Source: a virus (Duplodnaviria > Caudoviricetes). Taken from it: a DNA stretch of 64,000 nt. Shown one piece after another: positions 37,612 through 48,477 of the stretch; position 1 is the first letter of the stretch; every line of letters begins with the position of its first letter. Both the position numbers and the translations under genes were made by a program. The stretch spans positions 64,001 to 128,000 of the IMG/VR virus record IMGVR_UViG_3300037455_000173; one strand, 5' to 3'. The notes beneath the pieces are model-generated. The model did not search any database, was not told where the DNA came from, and saw only the letters and a program-made list of their open reading frames with translations.

Positions 37612-38562
37612 TTATGTACCTGAAGGTGCAACATCAAAACCTTGAGCTATAAGCCAATTAGTGTCTTTCATCTGAGCTTCTGTTGCTTGAATAACACCAG
37701 TCGAAGCGCTGGATATTGTATATGTAATAGTTTCATCATCTTGTCTACATATAGGAACCTTTACAACACCTTTAAACGCATATAGAGGAACCGATGAATC
37801 GGTAGTGTTGGTAAGTTTAAAGTCTACATCATATACACTCTGCATAGACGGTGTATAACCGCTTATTACATTATCAGCGTGATATCTTGCATACTTACCA
37901 CCTACTACTTCTCCGTCTACACGACAACCGCTTAATCGCATATTAAACACACTACAGGTAGCGTCACCATCTGCTGAAGAAGGGGTGTATGTACCTGAAA
38001 ACATCTCATGAATACGACAATTATTCATATAGCCATGACCAGCAATAGTAATATAACATAACCTAACGCCATTAACGTCAGTACTGTAATAGGGTACATT
38101 GAAGTAAGAGTTGTACATATATAAATATCCGTTATTATCCAGATAAACGAGGTATGTTGTTCTTTTTCCCGAAAATCTACAGTTTCTTATATACATATAT
38201 ATGTCACAATAGTATACTAATTCTGTCTGAAATAAAGGTGCACCTAATATTAGATTTATAAAGTCAATTCCTTTAATGGTAATGTTTGCTGTCGTAGCGC
38301 TTGCTGCAAACTTAAATATCGGAACCGCTGAAGATGCTGATGTTCTAAGATTTCTTATCTCATGTCGTTTTGTGACACCGTTCTCCGTATATTCGCCCGT
38401 TATTGTTAGATTACTAAGAGTCTTTCTGATAGTCGAGCTAACACCTTCCGGTATTTCGTCATTGCAGTTAATGTCTGCTATAAGCTTTATGGTATCGCCA
38501 TTGGCAGCACCGGTAATAGCATTTCTAAGCTGCGCCCATGTGCTTACCTCTACTGTAGCCAT
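37612..38562 (-). CDS. putative adhesin/RBP (family A, copy 2)
   Basis: VSTWAQL, DINCNDEIPEG, IRNLRT, AQMKDTNWL..GFD. Confidence 0.65.
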   Translation of the reverse strand: MATVEVSTWAQLRNAITGAANGDTIKLIADINCNDEIPEGVSSTIRKTLSNLTITGEYTENGVTKRHEIRNLRTSASSAVPIFKFAASATTANITIKGIDFINLILGAPLFQTELVYYCDIYMYIRNCRFSGKRTTYLVYLDNNGYLYMYNSYFNVPYYSTDVNGVRLCYITIAGHGYMNNCRIHEMFSGTYTPSSADGDATCSVFNMRLSGCRVDGEVVGGKYARYHADNVISGYTPSMQSVYDVDFKLTNTTDSSVPLYAFKGVVKVPICRQDDETITYTISSASTGVIQATEAQMKDTNWLIAQGFDVAPSGT

Positions 38563-38615
38563 AACTTTTCACCTCTCTTGATAAAATCATGAATATATCT
38601 AACAGACCTTCTGGA

Positions 38616-39584
38616 TTAATACGGAACAATAATATCAAATCCCTTATCGTACAGAGCCTGCGGGTCGGTCATTTCAGTCGGTGTTGCAGGTATAGAATAT
38701 GAATTATGGGTAAAATTCGTATAAACAATAGTTGGGTCATCTCGGTCAGTTACCAGGTCTTTGAAAACACCTTTAGGTGCATTAATCGTAAATGTACTGC
38801 CAGCATCATTAATACGAGTTAGCTTTGCATCAACGACGTTCTGCATAGTAGCGTCATATTGATTTTCTGTTGTTATCGTACAAGCATATCCTTTAGCAGA
38901 CACAAACTCACCATCGATATAGCAACCAGAGCATGCGAGCGTAGTAGTACCATACGTAGGTGCAGCCGAAGGTATATCGGTAGCATACCAATTTTCACGT
39001 ATCCAAGAATAATAGGCGTAAGCACGCTGGTTCGTAAGTTTACGTCGGTCGTTGTTCGTGGCTAAGTCAGATTTAGTATTTTGCACATTGATAAAGCAAG
39101 ATTGGAATGTTGTGGTATAGTCTTTCCAGTCGTTACCGTAGGTTAGTTGAGCTTCACGTCTTCCGACAAATCTACATCTGTAGAAATAGACTTGCTGATG
39201 GTCACTATGCATACTACCGGTCGGATGGTTCTGGAATACGAAATAATGATTACCTAATATTAATAGATTTCTCCAGTCAATATCGTAGAAATTATAACAA
39301 ATTCTACTATTGCCTGTTAGCGACAGATTAAATATATTACCGGGATTGATTATACTATTCCTTAGATTGCGGATTTCATAACCATGACCGTAGATATTAA
39401 CATATCGCACTGTAGTCTCGCTTAATCCCTCCATCAAGGCAACACCAGTAGTACCTTCAGGTATAGCCTCATTGCAATCTATATTGTTCATTAGGTGAAT
39501 ATCTATCTGATATTCACCAGCTATATTGGTAGAAATAGCAGTTTCAAATTCAGTCCATGTGCTCACATTAATTGTCGTTGCCAT
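38616..39584 (-). CDS. putative adhesin/RBP (family A, copy 1)
   Basis: VSTWTEF, NIDCNEAIPEG, IRNLR, PATPTEM...GFD. Confidence 0.65.
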   Translation of the reverse strand: MATTINVSTWTEFETAISTNIAGEYQIDIHLMNNIDCNEAIPEGTTGVALMEGLSETTVRYVNIYGHGYEIRNLRNSIINPGNIFNLSLTGNSRICYNFYDIDWRNLLILGNHYFVFQNHPTGSMHSDHQQVYFYRCRFVGRREAQLTYGNDWKDYTTTFQSCFINVQNTKSDLATNNDRRKLTNQRAYAYYSWIRENWYATDIPSAAPTYGTTTLACSGCYIDGEFVSAKGYACTITTENQYDATMQNVVDAKLTRINDAGSTFTINAPKGVFKDLVTDRDDPTIVYTNFTHNSYSIPATPTEMTDPQALYDKGFDIIVPY

Positions 39585-39597
39585 CTCACATACCTCC

Positions 39598-41601
39598 TCA
39601 TTCTATGTATTCTATTCCCTCAGGAATACCTACTTCTGTTATGTTCAGATTACCGTCCATTAGAACATTAGCTACATGAGTTATCGGAGTACCATCAACC
39701 TCAGCTAACAGCATTGGCTTAGTAATCGAACCTTTATAGTAGATTGGCTCATTGTTCGACGCAATCAGATAATCATCTGTAGTAGTGGCATCGAAATATT
39801 CTACTTCCTTGAAACCAGCACCTACTAAAAATGCATGAACATTAGACAGTGTAGCTGGTCCCTGAGCTGTTATTACAATTCTAGAACGAGCACCTGATAA
39901 TTGAATAGTATCGGTTATCGTTACCATCTTATCGGTTAGGGAAGTAACCGGAATTGTATGAGCACTTGCAGTTTCAGCACTACCGGTAGTCTGGTCAATA
40001 ATTATGCGTAAATTACCTAAATCTGCACCTTGAACTCTAAATGTTAGCGTAAACTCTACATCTACAGCTGAAGACATACCTTGTACTGCTATCCTACCAA
40101 TAGACTTTACAAGGTTACTAACCTGATTAATCGGATTAGTATCGAACACTATTAAGGTAGGACCTAGCATCAATATATTACATGAGAACAGATTTTCATC
40201 TTCTACCGACGTAGCAGTTACCTTTAGACACTCAGCAGACTCATCACTACCTATGGTTAACAAACCAGTGTTCGATAGAGTTGTCTGTTCGCTAAGGGCA
40301 CCGTCTAGACTCCAGGTTACATCTGTAGAATACGTACCGCTACCGGTAACTGTTGCTATATTCTGAACTGTACCGTCCTGTAATAACTCAGAAGTTACAA
40401 CTACAGACGTAACCATATTATTAAGGGCACCTCTAAAAAGAACAGCAGTAGTGCTAACCTCAGCATCTTCTGCTGATGTAGCTGTGACATATAACCAGTC
40501 TGAGTGGTCATTTTGAGCTACGGTCAGCAAACCATCATCAGAAATAGATGTATCTGAGCCAGGAGTTTGATTTGAGACAGACCAGTCTACGTCTTGACTT
40601 ACACCGTCATCACCACGTACGATACCTCGGAACTGTAATGTACTCTCGTCTATAGATTTACCACTTACTGCTATTCCCTGTGGTATAGGCTTAAGGAATT
40701 CTTTTACTTCTTCATTTGGCATTATAGCGCGAACAGATATTCTCCATTCTAGAATCATAGATTGATTATGACTTAGATACATTACATCTTCTTCTGTAGG
40801 TACTCTAAATCCAGCAAGCATAGTATGTAGTCCGTCTGGTTCAAAGTTGCTACGCTCATATAGACCAAACTCTGAAATAGCAACTCGTTCTAGTTGAGGA
40901 CCTACAGGAGTTACCGTGTCTGTCATTGTTATAGGGTCAAATGTGTGTTTCTGAGGTGTTAATAGTTTATTAACCCACTTTGGTGATGCATATGAATAGA
41001 ATATTACTGCTGATGAATAACCGTCTATACCGAAGTCTCTATCAGACGCATTGTCCGACACAACATCAGCTCTCAGAATAGGAAGTCTTGATAGTGGCTC
41101 CCAGCCTTGTTCAAGCCATTCTTGTTCTGTACCTGGTTCAATAGCCGAACATAATTCACCTTCAAACCTAGGTTCATCAGGAGTATCAGGTGTTCCCCAG
41201 CCATATTCTGGATTCCAGAAATAGGGATTTCTACCTTCATCGTCTATTATCTTAGTTCCACATACGTCAGTCAAAGCTAATGAAGTAGATTCAAACCAAG
41301 GGCGAGTTCTATCTTTTGATTCGGGCCTAAGCTCTGAGAATTGTGGTTCGAACTCGCATGCGCCTGTATTTCCTTGTCTGGTTATTCCCATAGTACCCAA
41401 ACTCATGTAATTAGGTCTACCGACGCCTCGTATATATGAACTGTCAGCTCCGGTAAGATAATTACATATACCCTGAGTTAACAGACGAGTAGCTGTATTC
41501 TTAAATAACTTTTGCTGAACTACACACTTACCTTCGACGATTGTTACCTTAACATTAGACTCGATTTTTGCATGAACATGGGGATTCATCTTATCTATCA
41601 T
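39598..41601 (-). CDS. tail fibre/baseplate-attached protein with Ig-like domains (paralog 2)
   Basis: Shares KNTATRL, GRPNYM, AISEFGLYE, MLAGFRVP with 41644; Ig-like V.WS...GLLT.VTATS repeats. Confidence 0.7.
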   Translation of the reverse strand: MIDKMNPHVHAKIESNVKVTIVEGKCVVQQKLFKNTATRLLTQGICNYLTGADSSYIRGVGRPNYMSLGTMGITRQGNTGACEFEPQFSELRPESKDRTRPWFESTSLALTDVCGTKIIDDEGRNPYFWNPEYGWGTPDTPDEPRFEGELCSAIEPGTEQEWLEQGWEPLSRLPILRADVVSDNASDRDFGIDGYSSAVIFYSYASPKWVNKLLTPQKHTFDPITMTDTVTPVGPQLERVAISEFGLYERSNFEPDGLHTMLAGFRVPTEEDVMYLSHNQSMILEWRISVRAIMPNEEVKEFLKPIPQGIAVSGKSIDESTLQFRGIVRGDDGVSQDVDWSVSNQTPGSDTSISDDGLLTVAQNDHSDWLYVTATSAEDAEVSTTAVLFRGALNNMVTSVVVTSELLQDGTVQNIATVTGSGTYSTDVTWSLDGALSEQTTLSNTGLLTIGSDESAECLKVTATSVEDENLFSCNILMLGPTLIVFDTNPINQVSNLVKSIGRIAVQGMSSAVDVEFTLTFRVQGADLGNLRIIIDQTTGSAETASAHTIPVTSLTDKMVTITDTIQLSGARSRIVITAQGPATLSNVHAFLVGAGFKEVEYFDATTTDDYLIASNNEPIYYKGSITKPMLLAEVDGTPITHVANVLMDGNLNITEVGIPEGIEYIE

Positions 41602-41643
41602 GATACTCCTCCTTTCTTAATAAATTATATGAAAATCTGTCGA

Positions 41644-43410
41644 TTATAGTTGAACTCTCTCAATAAATGCACCGTAGACATACGAATTTACAGCTGGTAC
41701 TGATACGTCACCCTCGACAGTAATGCTAAGATTATGAACGGTACTCTCAGCTACGAAAGGCATTCTTATATTAATATCATAGGACATATCCGCTACTAAT
41801 TCTCTTTCGAAACTACCTAAGATACTACTACCATCTCTAAGCTGAATAGTTATAGTCTGAACACTATATGAATTCACGGTCATTACCAATCCTGCGATGC
41901 AGGTAGTATCTCGCAGTGCATTAATAGATACATCACCAACCGTTACTGGTGATACACTAGGTTGACTTGTAGGGTGCGGTGTAAAAGGAATAGTCTTAGC
42001 TAATAATGTTATCGTATTTTTACCAAATACAGTCTCATCCATGACAGACGTACCGAAAACATAGAATACATCTGCATCCTCGTCTAATCCTATATGTAAA
42101 TGACCAGATTCATCAATCTCTGTGCTTGCACTATTATTACCCTGAACTGACCAAATTACGTCCTGAGAATACTCACCTTTTCCGTAGACGTCAGCAGTAA
42201 AGGTTGCTTCTTGATAATTTAAAGGTGTACCGTCGACTGCTATAGCATACGCAAAGTTATTCTTTAACATCGGGAATACAGTAGTTCTTGCCAATATCGA
42301 TGGTGTAGCTTTTGCTATAGCAGCTATTTCAAGATTAGAGGCTTCTGCATTAGCTACGGTTAGAACACCATCGATTAGTGTAGTTTCAGGCGAGGTGTGA
42401 CCAGATAGTGTCCAGATAACTTCTTGACTAGGTTCAAAGTCACCTATAATAGTTTGTGTGAAATCAACCACATTAATAGAAGGTGCGACCGCTTCAAGCC
42501 TAATCTTATCACGAACAGGGTGTATGTCTAAAACCTTAGTAGCTACCTCATAAGGCATTAGTGCTCTAACAGATACTGTCCATTCTATCAGAATAGTCTC
42601 ACCGTCTGTAATATAGACAATGTCTTCTTTAGACGGTACTCTGAAGCCAGCCAACATCGTTTCCAAACCGTGAGGGTCTAGATTACTCTTCTCATATAAA
42701 CCGAATTCTGAAATAGCAATTCTATTAAGTTGGGGACCGTACTCAGGGTGGAATAGCTGATGTACCCAATCTGCAGAGGCATGACCATAGAATACAGCTT
42801 GAGAAAAATAACCGTCTGTACCGTAATCCCAGTCCGACGGGCAATCTGAAAATATATCAACACGTTGAATAGGTATACGTTCTATCGGTATCCAAGTTTC
42901 TTTGGGTTTACCGTGTTCATCCAGACTGGTATCAGGCTTTCTACTAGAACATAATTCACCTTGGAATATAGGTTCAAAAGACGACTCATCATCCCAGGTA
43001 TCATCACCCCAACCGCGATTAGGTTTCCAGAAATGAGTTACAAATCCGTCGTCATCGTACACAGCAGGTTTATCTGTTCTAGTTAAACCTAACGATGTAG
43101 AGTCATACCAAGGGCGAGTAGTAACATTTTCTACATAATCTTTAGATGCGAAATCAGGAGTTAATATAGCATCTTGGAACTCATTCTGCATAGCTATACC
43201 CATGGTTCCTATACCCATGTAATTAGGTCTACCCTTACCTCGTCTATATGAGTTTTCTGCACCAGCAATGTAGCTACAGATAGATTCGGTCATAAGTCGT
43301 GTAGCTGTATTCTTAAAATGATGTTCTGATACGACATTACCGTCTCTTAATACCTGAACCTTAACATTCATATCCACTCTAGCTTTATCAATTTCTGGCA
43401 CAAACGTCAC
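41644..43410 (-). CDS. tail fibre/baseplate-attached protein with Ig-like domains (paralog 1)
   Basis: Same motifs as 39598; ISEFGL is typical of tail-fibre N-terminal attachment domains. Confidence 0.7.
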   Translation of the reverse strand: MTFVPEIDKARVDMNVKVQVLRDGNVVSEHHFKNTATRLMTESICSYIAGAENSYRRGKGRPNYMGIGTMGIAMQNEFQDAILTPDFASKDYVENVTTRPWYDSTSLGLTRTDKPAVYDDDGFVTHFWKPNRGWGDDTWDDESSFEPIFQGELCSSRKPDTSLDEHGKPKETWIPIERIPIQRVDIFSDCPSDWDYGTDGYFSQAVFYGHASADWVHQLFHPEYGPQLNRIAISEFGLYEKSNLDPHGLETMLAGFRVPSKEDIVYITDGETILIEWTVSVRALMPYEVATKVLDIHPVRDKIRLEAVAPSINVVDFTQTIIGDFEPSQEVIWTLSGHTSPETTLIDGVLTVANAEASNLEIAAIAKATPSILARTTVFPMLKNNFAYAIAVDGTPLNYQEATFTADVYGKGEYSQDVIWSVQGNNSASTEIDESGHLHIGLDEDADVFYVFGTSVMDETVFGKNTITLLAKTIPFTPHPTSQPSVSPVTVGDVSINALRDTTCIAGLVMTVNSYSVQTITIQLRDGSSILGSFERELVADMSYDINIRMPFVAESTVHNLSITVEGDVSVPAVNSYVYGAFIERVQL

Positions 43411-43432
43411 CTCCTTTCTGTTAGACTTAACA

Positions 43433-44755
43433 TCATCTATTCAATTTTTTATTTATAGCCTGCACTTCTTTAAGTATCTTTTCAAATACATCAAGTGCTT
43501 CCTCAGGTGTAGGTTCTTCCTTATTCACAGGTTGAACAGCTGCTTCCTTAGCATCATCCTTAGTAGTATCATAGTCAGAAGACTTAAAGCCATTAAATCC
43601 GTTCTCTTTGATAACAGCAAAATCTGTATATGCATAGTCCTTATCAACCATACCTGAAATGCCAGGAACAGTTCCACGACTACTATACTGCCAAAGAACT
43701 TTTTCACCGGTGTAGCCACAAGTACCAGAATCCCAATCAGCTACCCACTGAACGTATCTTTGTTTATTGTTATCATTGATATAATTCTTATATCCATTTG
43801 TATTACAATAAACACCAACGAAGTAGCCAGCCTGTTCTAGAATCCCGCAGAATGCAGGTATAATCTGATTGATAAGTGTAGACACATTACCTTTCTTAGC
43901 AAGAATCGGAATGTGGTCATCTTCTAGAACATCATAGAATATAGGCAGTTCGAACTGTTTACCCTTTAGATGCTCTAGACAAGCATACGCTTCTTCTCTA
44001 GCTTCTTCTACAGAGTCAGCATAGCAATACCAATAAGCACCCATAGGCTTCTTCTGCTTCTTAAAGCCTTTATAATTAGCTTCAAAAGTCTTATCTACCT
44101 GTGATGCGAGTTTGCCATAACCAGCTCTTACAACTACAAAGTCAACTGCTTTTGCTGTCTTGGCAAAATCGATATCACCCTGCCACTGAGAAACGTCAAT
44201 ACCGCATAGCTTAACGATTTCGGGGTTTGCTTTGTTGGTTTTGCGGGTAATACCATAATACGACCAGAAGTCGTCTGTAATGGTATTCGTACCATATACC
44301 TCGTTTCCAAACCACTTATAAGACCTACCCGCAGCATTCTTACGGTCTTTCGTATCACAATGTGTATAGATATAAGCTGAAGTAATATTAGATATGCCAC
44401 GGAATCCTATCTCCTGAGCTGCACAACATACCAGCTTACTGCTTATAGGTTTACCGTCCTCATCGTAGCAGCATATGTCTGCTGCTAAACCGTCTACGTG
44501 AGGTCCTGAACCATATCCTCCTACAGACTTATCATGCTTAGAACAACGATAGCCCGATGTTACAATGATTTTAGATACCTTAATATCGAACAATTCAGGA
44601 ATCTTAGTAAACAGTGCTTCTAGTCCACGAACTAATTCATCGTCGACTAGATACTCATGATTACCAGAATCTTTACATCTGAATTCCGAAGAATTAAAAT
44701 GTTCAGTCAACTGAATTGCATCTTTATAAGCATATTTTCTAATCATAGAGACCAC
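43433..44755 (-). CDS. endolysin: peptidase M15 domain plus GH25 muramidase
   Basis: HFNSSEFRC, TSGYRC..H, HVDGLAAD, THCD; GIDVSQWQGDID, VRAGYG, PIFYD, WQYSSRG...VDKD. Confidence 0.9.
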   Translation of the reverse strand: MVSMIRKYAYKDAIQLTEHFNSSEFRCKDSGNHEYLVDDELVRGLEALFTKIPELFDIKVSKIIVTSGYRCSKHDKSVGGYGSGPHVDGLAADICCYDEDGKPISSKLVCCAAQEIGFRGISNITSAYIYTHCDTKDRKNAAGRSYKWFGNEVYGTNTITDDFWSYYGITRKTNKANPEIVKLCGIDVSQWQGDIDFAKTAKAVDFVVVRAGYGKLASQVDKTFEANYKGFKKQKKPMGAYWYCYADSVEEAREEAYACLEHLKGKQFELPIFYDVLEDDHIPILAKKGNVSTLINQIIPAFCGILEQAGYFVGVYCNTNGYKNYINDNNKQRYVQWVADWDSGTCGYTGEKVLWQYSSRGTVPGISGMVDKDYAYTDFAVIKENGFNGFKSSDYDTTKDDAKEAAVQPVNKEEPTPEEALDVFEKILKEVQAINKKLNR

Positions 44756-44921
44756 CCTTTCCGTATCTTTAGGTTTATAACCTGTTAGTCTATTATACGA
44801 ATTACCATCATAACTTTAATAAAAATGCGTAAATGCGCGCATGATATTATGTACATAGTACACCATCACGCGTAGCATTTACGCACAACAGAAAGGGTAT
44901 TACAAATGATTTGTAAGCATA

Positions 44922-46475
44922 TTAAGGAACATAATCTTCTGGATGCTCTTCTTCGTCATTGGTCTTCTTAATCCAATAAGCATCATCACCTGTAGGTGAA
45001 TCATTAGTTTCTGGGTCATAAGGAACGGGATTCCTATCGACTGCTTTCTTACCAGAAATAAGAACATCTTGAGCACCTGTAATTTCTGAGTTATCCTCGT
45101 CATCTACAGTGAATAGGTTAATCATTAGGTTCTTATTAGTACCGTCGTCACCGTCACCAGGTGTATCGATAGTAGGTGTATTCAGTCCCTTCCAAGGAGT
45201 CTCAAGATAATTATCTCTTTGCTGAGTATAGCGTTGTGGGTCTTGATAAATCGGATAGCCAGCATCTGAACTTGTTTCTGGCGGTAATGTAATGTCATCT
45301 ATATCTTCATATACTCTTCCAGCTACCGGGAACTGACCTGTATGGTCTGGATAAGGAAGTGGCATAGAACTTGTCGTATATTTTGCATTACCTAACTCTT
45401 GAATAGATTTAGGTTCATCAGCTTCGTCGGGACCGTAGCTGAAGTCCTGAGTTCCTCTAATAATATTCGGATTATACAAAGAATCACCTATCTTCATACC
45501 TAACATACCAGGTACATTCTGCTGTATGTCTTGATAGATATTAAGTAGTTCGTCGTGGTCATAATACAGAAATTTACCTTCGATGTGATATACCGGTTTG
45601 GTAAAGTACTCATGTGTGAGCTTTCCAGCAAGTTGAGAGTGGTATAATGTACGTATCCACGGCTCTACAGCTAAATCATCACTGCCATCTTCTAACCTAG
45701 CAAACAATAATCGGTCATATTCATGTAACATAGTAGCGTTAGGAACACCCACTACACCGTTTCTACTGTTTCTTTCCATTCTAGGTATAACTACCGATTT
45801 AACCGTCATATCGGTGTATGGATTAGCTTTCTGTGCTACCATTGGCAGTAGATACATACCAACAGGTCTTACATACTCTTGGAGATAAGCTAAGTCTAGC
45901 AAACGACGCATTCTTTCCTCATAGTTCTTTTGCTTAGCTTCTTCGTCCATATCTGAAGTAATCTTAGGAAAGTAATCACTTGCAATTACGAACAGATATA
46001 TAATATGAGCGTCATGGTCTACGTCAATCCACGTCTTGGATATATCTATAGATTCATGATAGTTCATCGGAATTTGCTTACCAGCGTCTGGGTCATGTTC
46101 TACCTTACGAATACCAGTTGGGACAGTGTCGTCGTAGACATAATAGAAATCAGGATACGTCTGTCTATAACGTATGTCGATAGCTGCTGCGTTAGCTATA
46201 CCTGTAGCACTACCTCTATATCTAATCAGATTACGAATAAAGTTCTTTAGAACTACTCGGTTATACATAACCGACTTTAATTCCTGGTAATCAAAACCGA
46301 TATGCTCTGCCAGCTCAGGTAATAGGTTTCTAGGACAATGTTCAGGAGAATAACAATCTAGAATATGATTAGTGTAATATTCCAATAATTCATGTTCTAT
46401 ATCAAAGAACCTACACATAGCACGCATATCCGCACTTTGTTCGTATATGTTCGGAATCATGCGTTCACATTTCAT
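44922..46475 (-). CDS. baseplate protein (P2 gpI-like N-terminus)
   Basis: P...P..LLPELAEHIG...R..LK....YRGS..GI; follows the baseplate J-like gene. Confidence 0.65.
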   Translation of the reverse strand: MKCERMIPNIYEQSADMRAMCRFFDIEHELLEYYTNHILDCYSPEHCPRNLLPELAEHIGFDYQELKSVMYNRVVLKNFIRNLIRYRGSATGIANAAAIDIRYRQTYPDFYYVYDDTVPTGIRKVEHDPDAGKQIPMNYHESIDISKTWIDVDHDAHIIYLFVIASDYFPKITSDMDEEAKQKNYEERMRRLLDLAYLQEYVRPVGMYLLPMVAQKANPYTDMTVKSVVIPRMERNSRNGVVGVPNATMLHEYDRLLFARLEDGSDDLAVEPWIRTLYHSQLAGKLTHEYFTKPVYHIEGKFLYYDHDELLNIYQDIQQNVPGMLGMKIGDSLYNPNIIRGTQDFSYGPDEADEPKSIQELGNAKYTTSSMPLPYPDHTGQFPVAGRVYEDIDDITLPPETSSDAGYPIYQDPQRYTQQRDNYLETPWKGLNTPTIDTPGDGDDGTNKNLMINLFTVDDEDNSEITGAQDVLISGKKAVDRNPVPYDPETNDSPTGDDAYWIKKTNDEEEHPEDYVP

Positions 46476-46488
46476 AGCTCACACCTCC

Positions 46489-48477
46489 TTATTCCTTAAT
46501 AATGCATTCTTTAGCAACGCTAATCTGAGACACAGGTGAATTAAGATAATGTGCAGTATCTCCATCGATAAATCTAGCAAAACTAATAGCATTGAAGTAT
46601 GCTATGTCATAGGTTATAGACGAATCGGTAACTTTACCGTCTCCGTCACGTACCGGTCCCCAATTTATCATTGGCTTATTCAGTAAACCAGCATCAAAGT
46701 ACCTAATACGTGAATCACATTGCTGAACACAATCTACAACATCCATCATTCTGGGAAGTACACCTATCTCCATATTAGAAGCGTGGAAACGAATACGCAG
46801 TGCTTTGAGTACTACCTGTACGATATTGTCTGCTTCAGACTGTGATACTGGTTCATTTGTCCAGATAATGCCGTTTACAGACCATTCGAATACACGAAGC
46901 CAACCGAATGATATATCAGCTGTTAGGTTATATGTTCCTAGATACTTCTGTACAATCATTGACCTAATCGTCTCAGACGGTCTATATCTACGATAAGGCC
47001 TACCCTTATCAATCATCTCATTACTCCACTCAGAAGCGTCGCCTTCCCACTCACCTGTACCGCTAATCATGCATTGCTTTCCATCAGCATTTTTATAGCC
47101 CGTACTCCAGGTATCTAGGAAGTTATTAAAGATGCAATAGTACAGCAAAGAAGCTGTCTGGAATTTATGTGGGAATTCATATACCTGATTACCTAGTGTG
47201 AACATAGTACCGGTTAATGGGTCATACTCGTCGTCTTCTACCCAACCAGGGAAATCATATCCACCATTAATATCTTTACCGGGATATAGATATTTCTTAG
47301 GTTTAAGTGACTCGTCCATATCCTCATCGAACTTATAAGCCCAGTTAATTTCAAGAGCCTTCTGGCAATCTATAGCTACACCCGCATCGATACCAGGTTG
47401 TCTGTTTATCCAAGCAGTAAAGTTAGGCAGTGTGATTATAGAGTCATGCGTATTAGCATAAAGTTTTGCTTCCTTTGCAGCTTCTGATGCGGTTAATGGT
47501 GTTTTACCGGTTAAGGCAGAGCCGTCTGCCATATCCAATGTATTAGCCGGGTGCGTTACGCCTAATACTTGTGCCACAGCACTGTCTACCGTAGACAATG
47601 ATATTACATTCTCAGAAACTTCACCAGCTGCACCGTATGTTTCTATATAATAAACTCTGATAAGTCTGTTATATTGGATAACATCATTAATAAACCTGTT
47701 AAATACCAGAATTAGATTGTTATAGTCATCTACCGATACCTGATAACGTCTTTGGGTAGAGTCAATAAAATCATTCTTAGTATCTCTTAGCCACGGTTTT
47801 TCCTTTGCTGTAAACTTTACAGGGTCCAGTGTAGATGTCAACTCTTGTACCCAGATTAACGTACCATCAACGTTCTGAGCAGGAAGGCGGTATGTAAGTG
47901 TATTGACACCTTTCGTTCCGTCTACCATCATTCTAGGATTTATAATAACAGATTTAAGTGTGCCTTGAACAGCCATACGGGTTACAATATCGGTACGCTG
48001 TTTTGTACCGGATTTGCTACCCTTAGGTTGTATAGTTACAACGTCATCGTCTGTTATTACTTCTGATTTAGGAATTATAAAGTATGGAATAGAAGTCAAA
48101 TCCTCTAATGCATTAGTAGAAGCATAGCATACATTATTAGGCGCGTCCGGTAGCCTAAAATCTAACGCTACCGTAGCGTCTGTGGATTGATTTTCTATCG
48201 TTATAGTTGTCCTAGGAGCTCTGTACCAACCTGGTACATAACCGTTTGCAACACAGATACGCCGTATACTCTTTATCTGCGTTGCAGACTGTAGATACAT
48301 TTCATCAACCTGTGTATCTAGATTGAATGAAAGTAGGTCTACATTAGCAGAAAGAGCTTTTAGTAGTATCATACCTGGGTCGGACTCTGAACCAGGATTC
48401 CAGATGTGGGTATCAGCCTTAACATCTTCAATTAAATTCTGGATATTAGACTGAGCATCTCTACTGGTGTATTTCAT
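46489..48477 (-). CDS. baseplate wedge protein (gpJ/T4 gp6-like)
   Basis: YTSRD, ESDPG.ILL..L....D.LSF..D....E.YL.SA; Y..T.GAAG. Confidence 0.8.
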   Translation of the reverse strand: MKYTSRDAQSNIQNLIEDVKADTHIWNPGSESDPGMILLKALSANVDLLSFNLDTQVDEMYLQSATQIKSIRRICVANGYVPGWYRAPRTTITIENQSTDATVALDFRLPDAPNNVCYASTNALEDLTSIPYFIIPKSEVITDDDVVTIQPKGSKSGTKQRTDIVTRMAVQGTLKSVIINPRMMVDGTKGVNTLTYRLPAQNVDGTLIWVQELTSTLDPVKFTAKEKPWLRDTKNDFIDSTQRRYQVSVDDYNNLILVFNRFINDVIQYNRLIRVYYIETYGAAGEVSENVISLSTVDSAVAQVLGVTHPANTLDMADGSALTGKTPLTASEAAKEAKLYANTHDSIITLPNFTAWINRQPGIDAGVAIDCQKALEINWAYKFDEDMDESLKPKKYLYPGKDINGGYDFPGWVEDDEYDPLTGTMFTLGNQVYEFPHKFQTASLLYYCIFNNFLDTWSTGYKNADGKQCMISGTGEWEGDASEWSNEMIDKGRPYRRYRPSETIRSMIVQKYLGTYNLTADISFGWLRVFEWSVNGIIWTNEPVSQSEADNIVQVVLKALRIRFHASNMEIGVLPRMMDVVDCVQQCDSRIRYFDAGLLNKPMINWGPVRDGDGKVTDSSITYDIAYFNAISFARFIDGDTAHYLNSPVSQISVAKECIIKE

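Noticed and set aside
33525-39584. Diversity-generating retroelement or shufflon acting on the adhesin paralogs
   Set aside because: No reverse transcriptase or invertase in the window, all genes co-oriented, and paralog differences are not adenine-specific.
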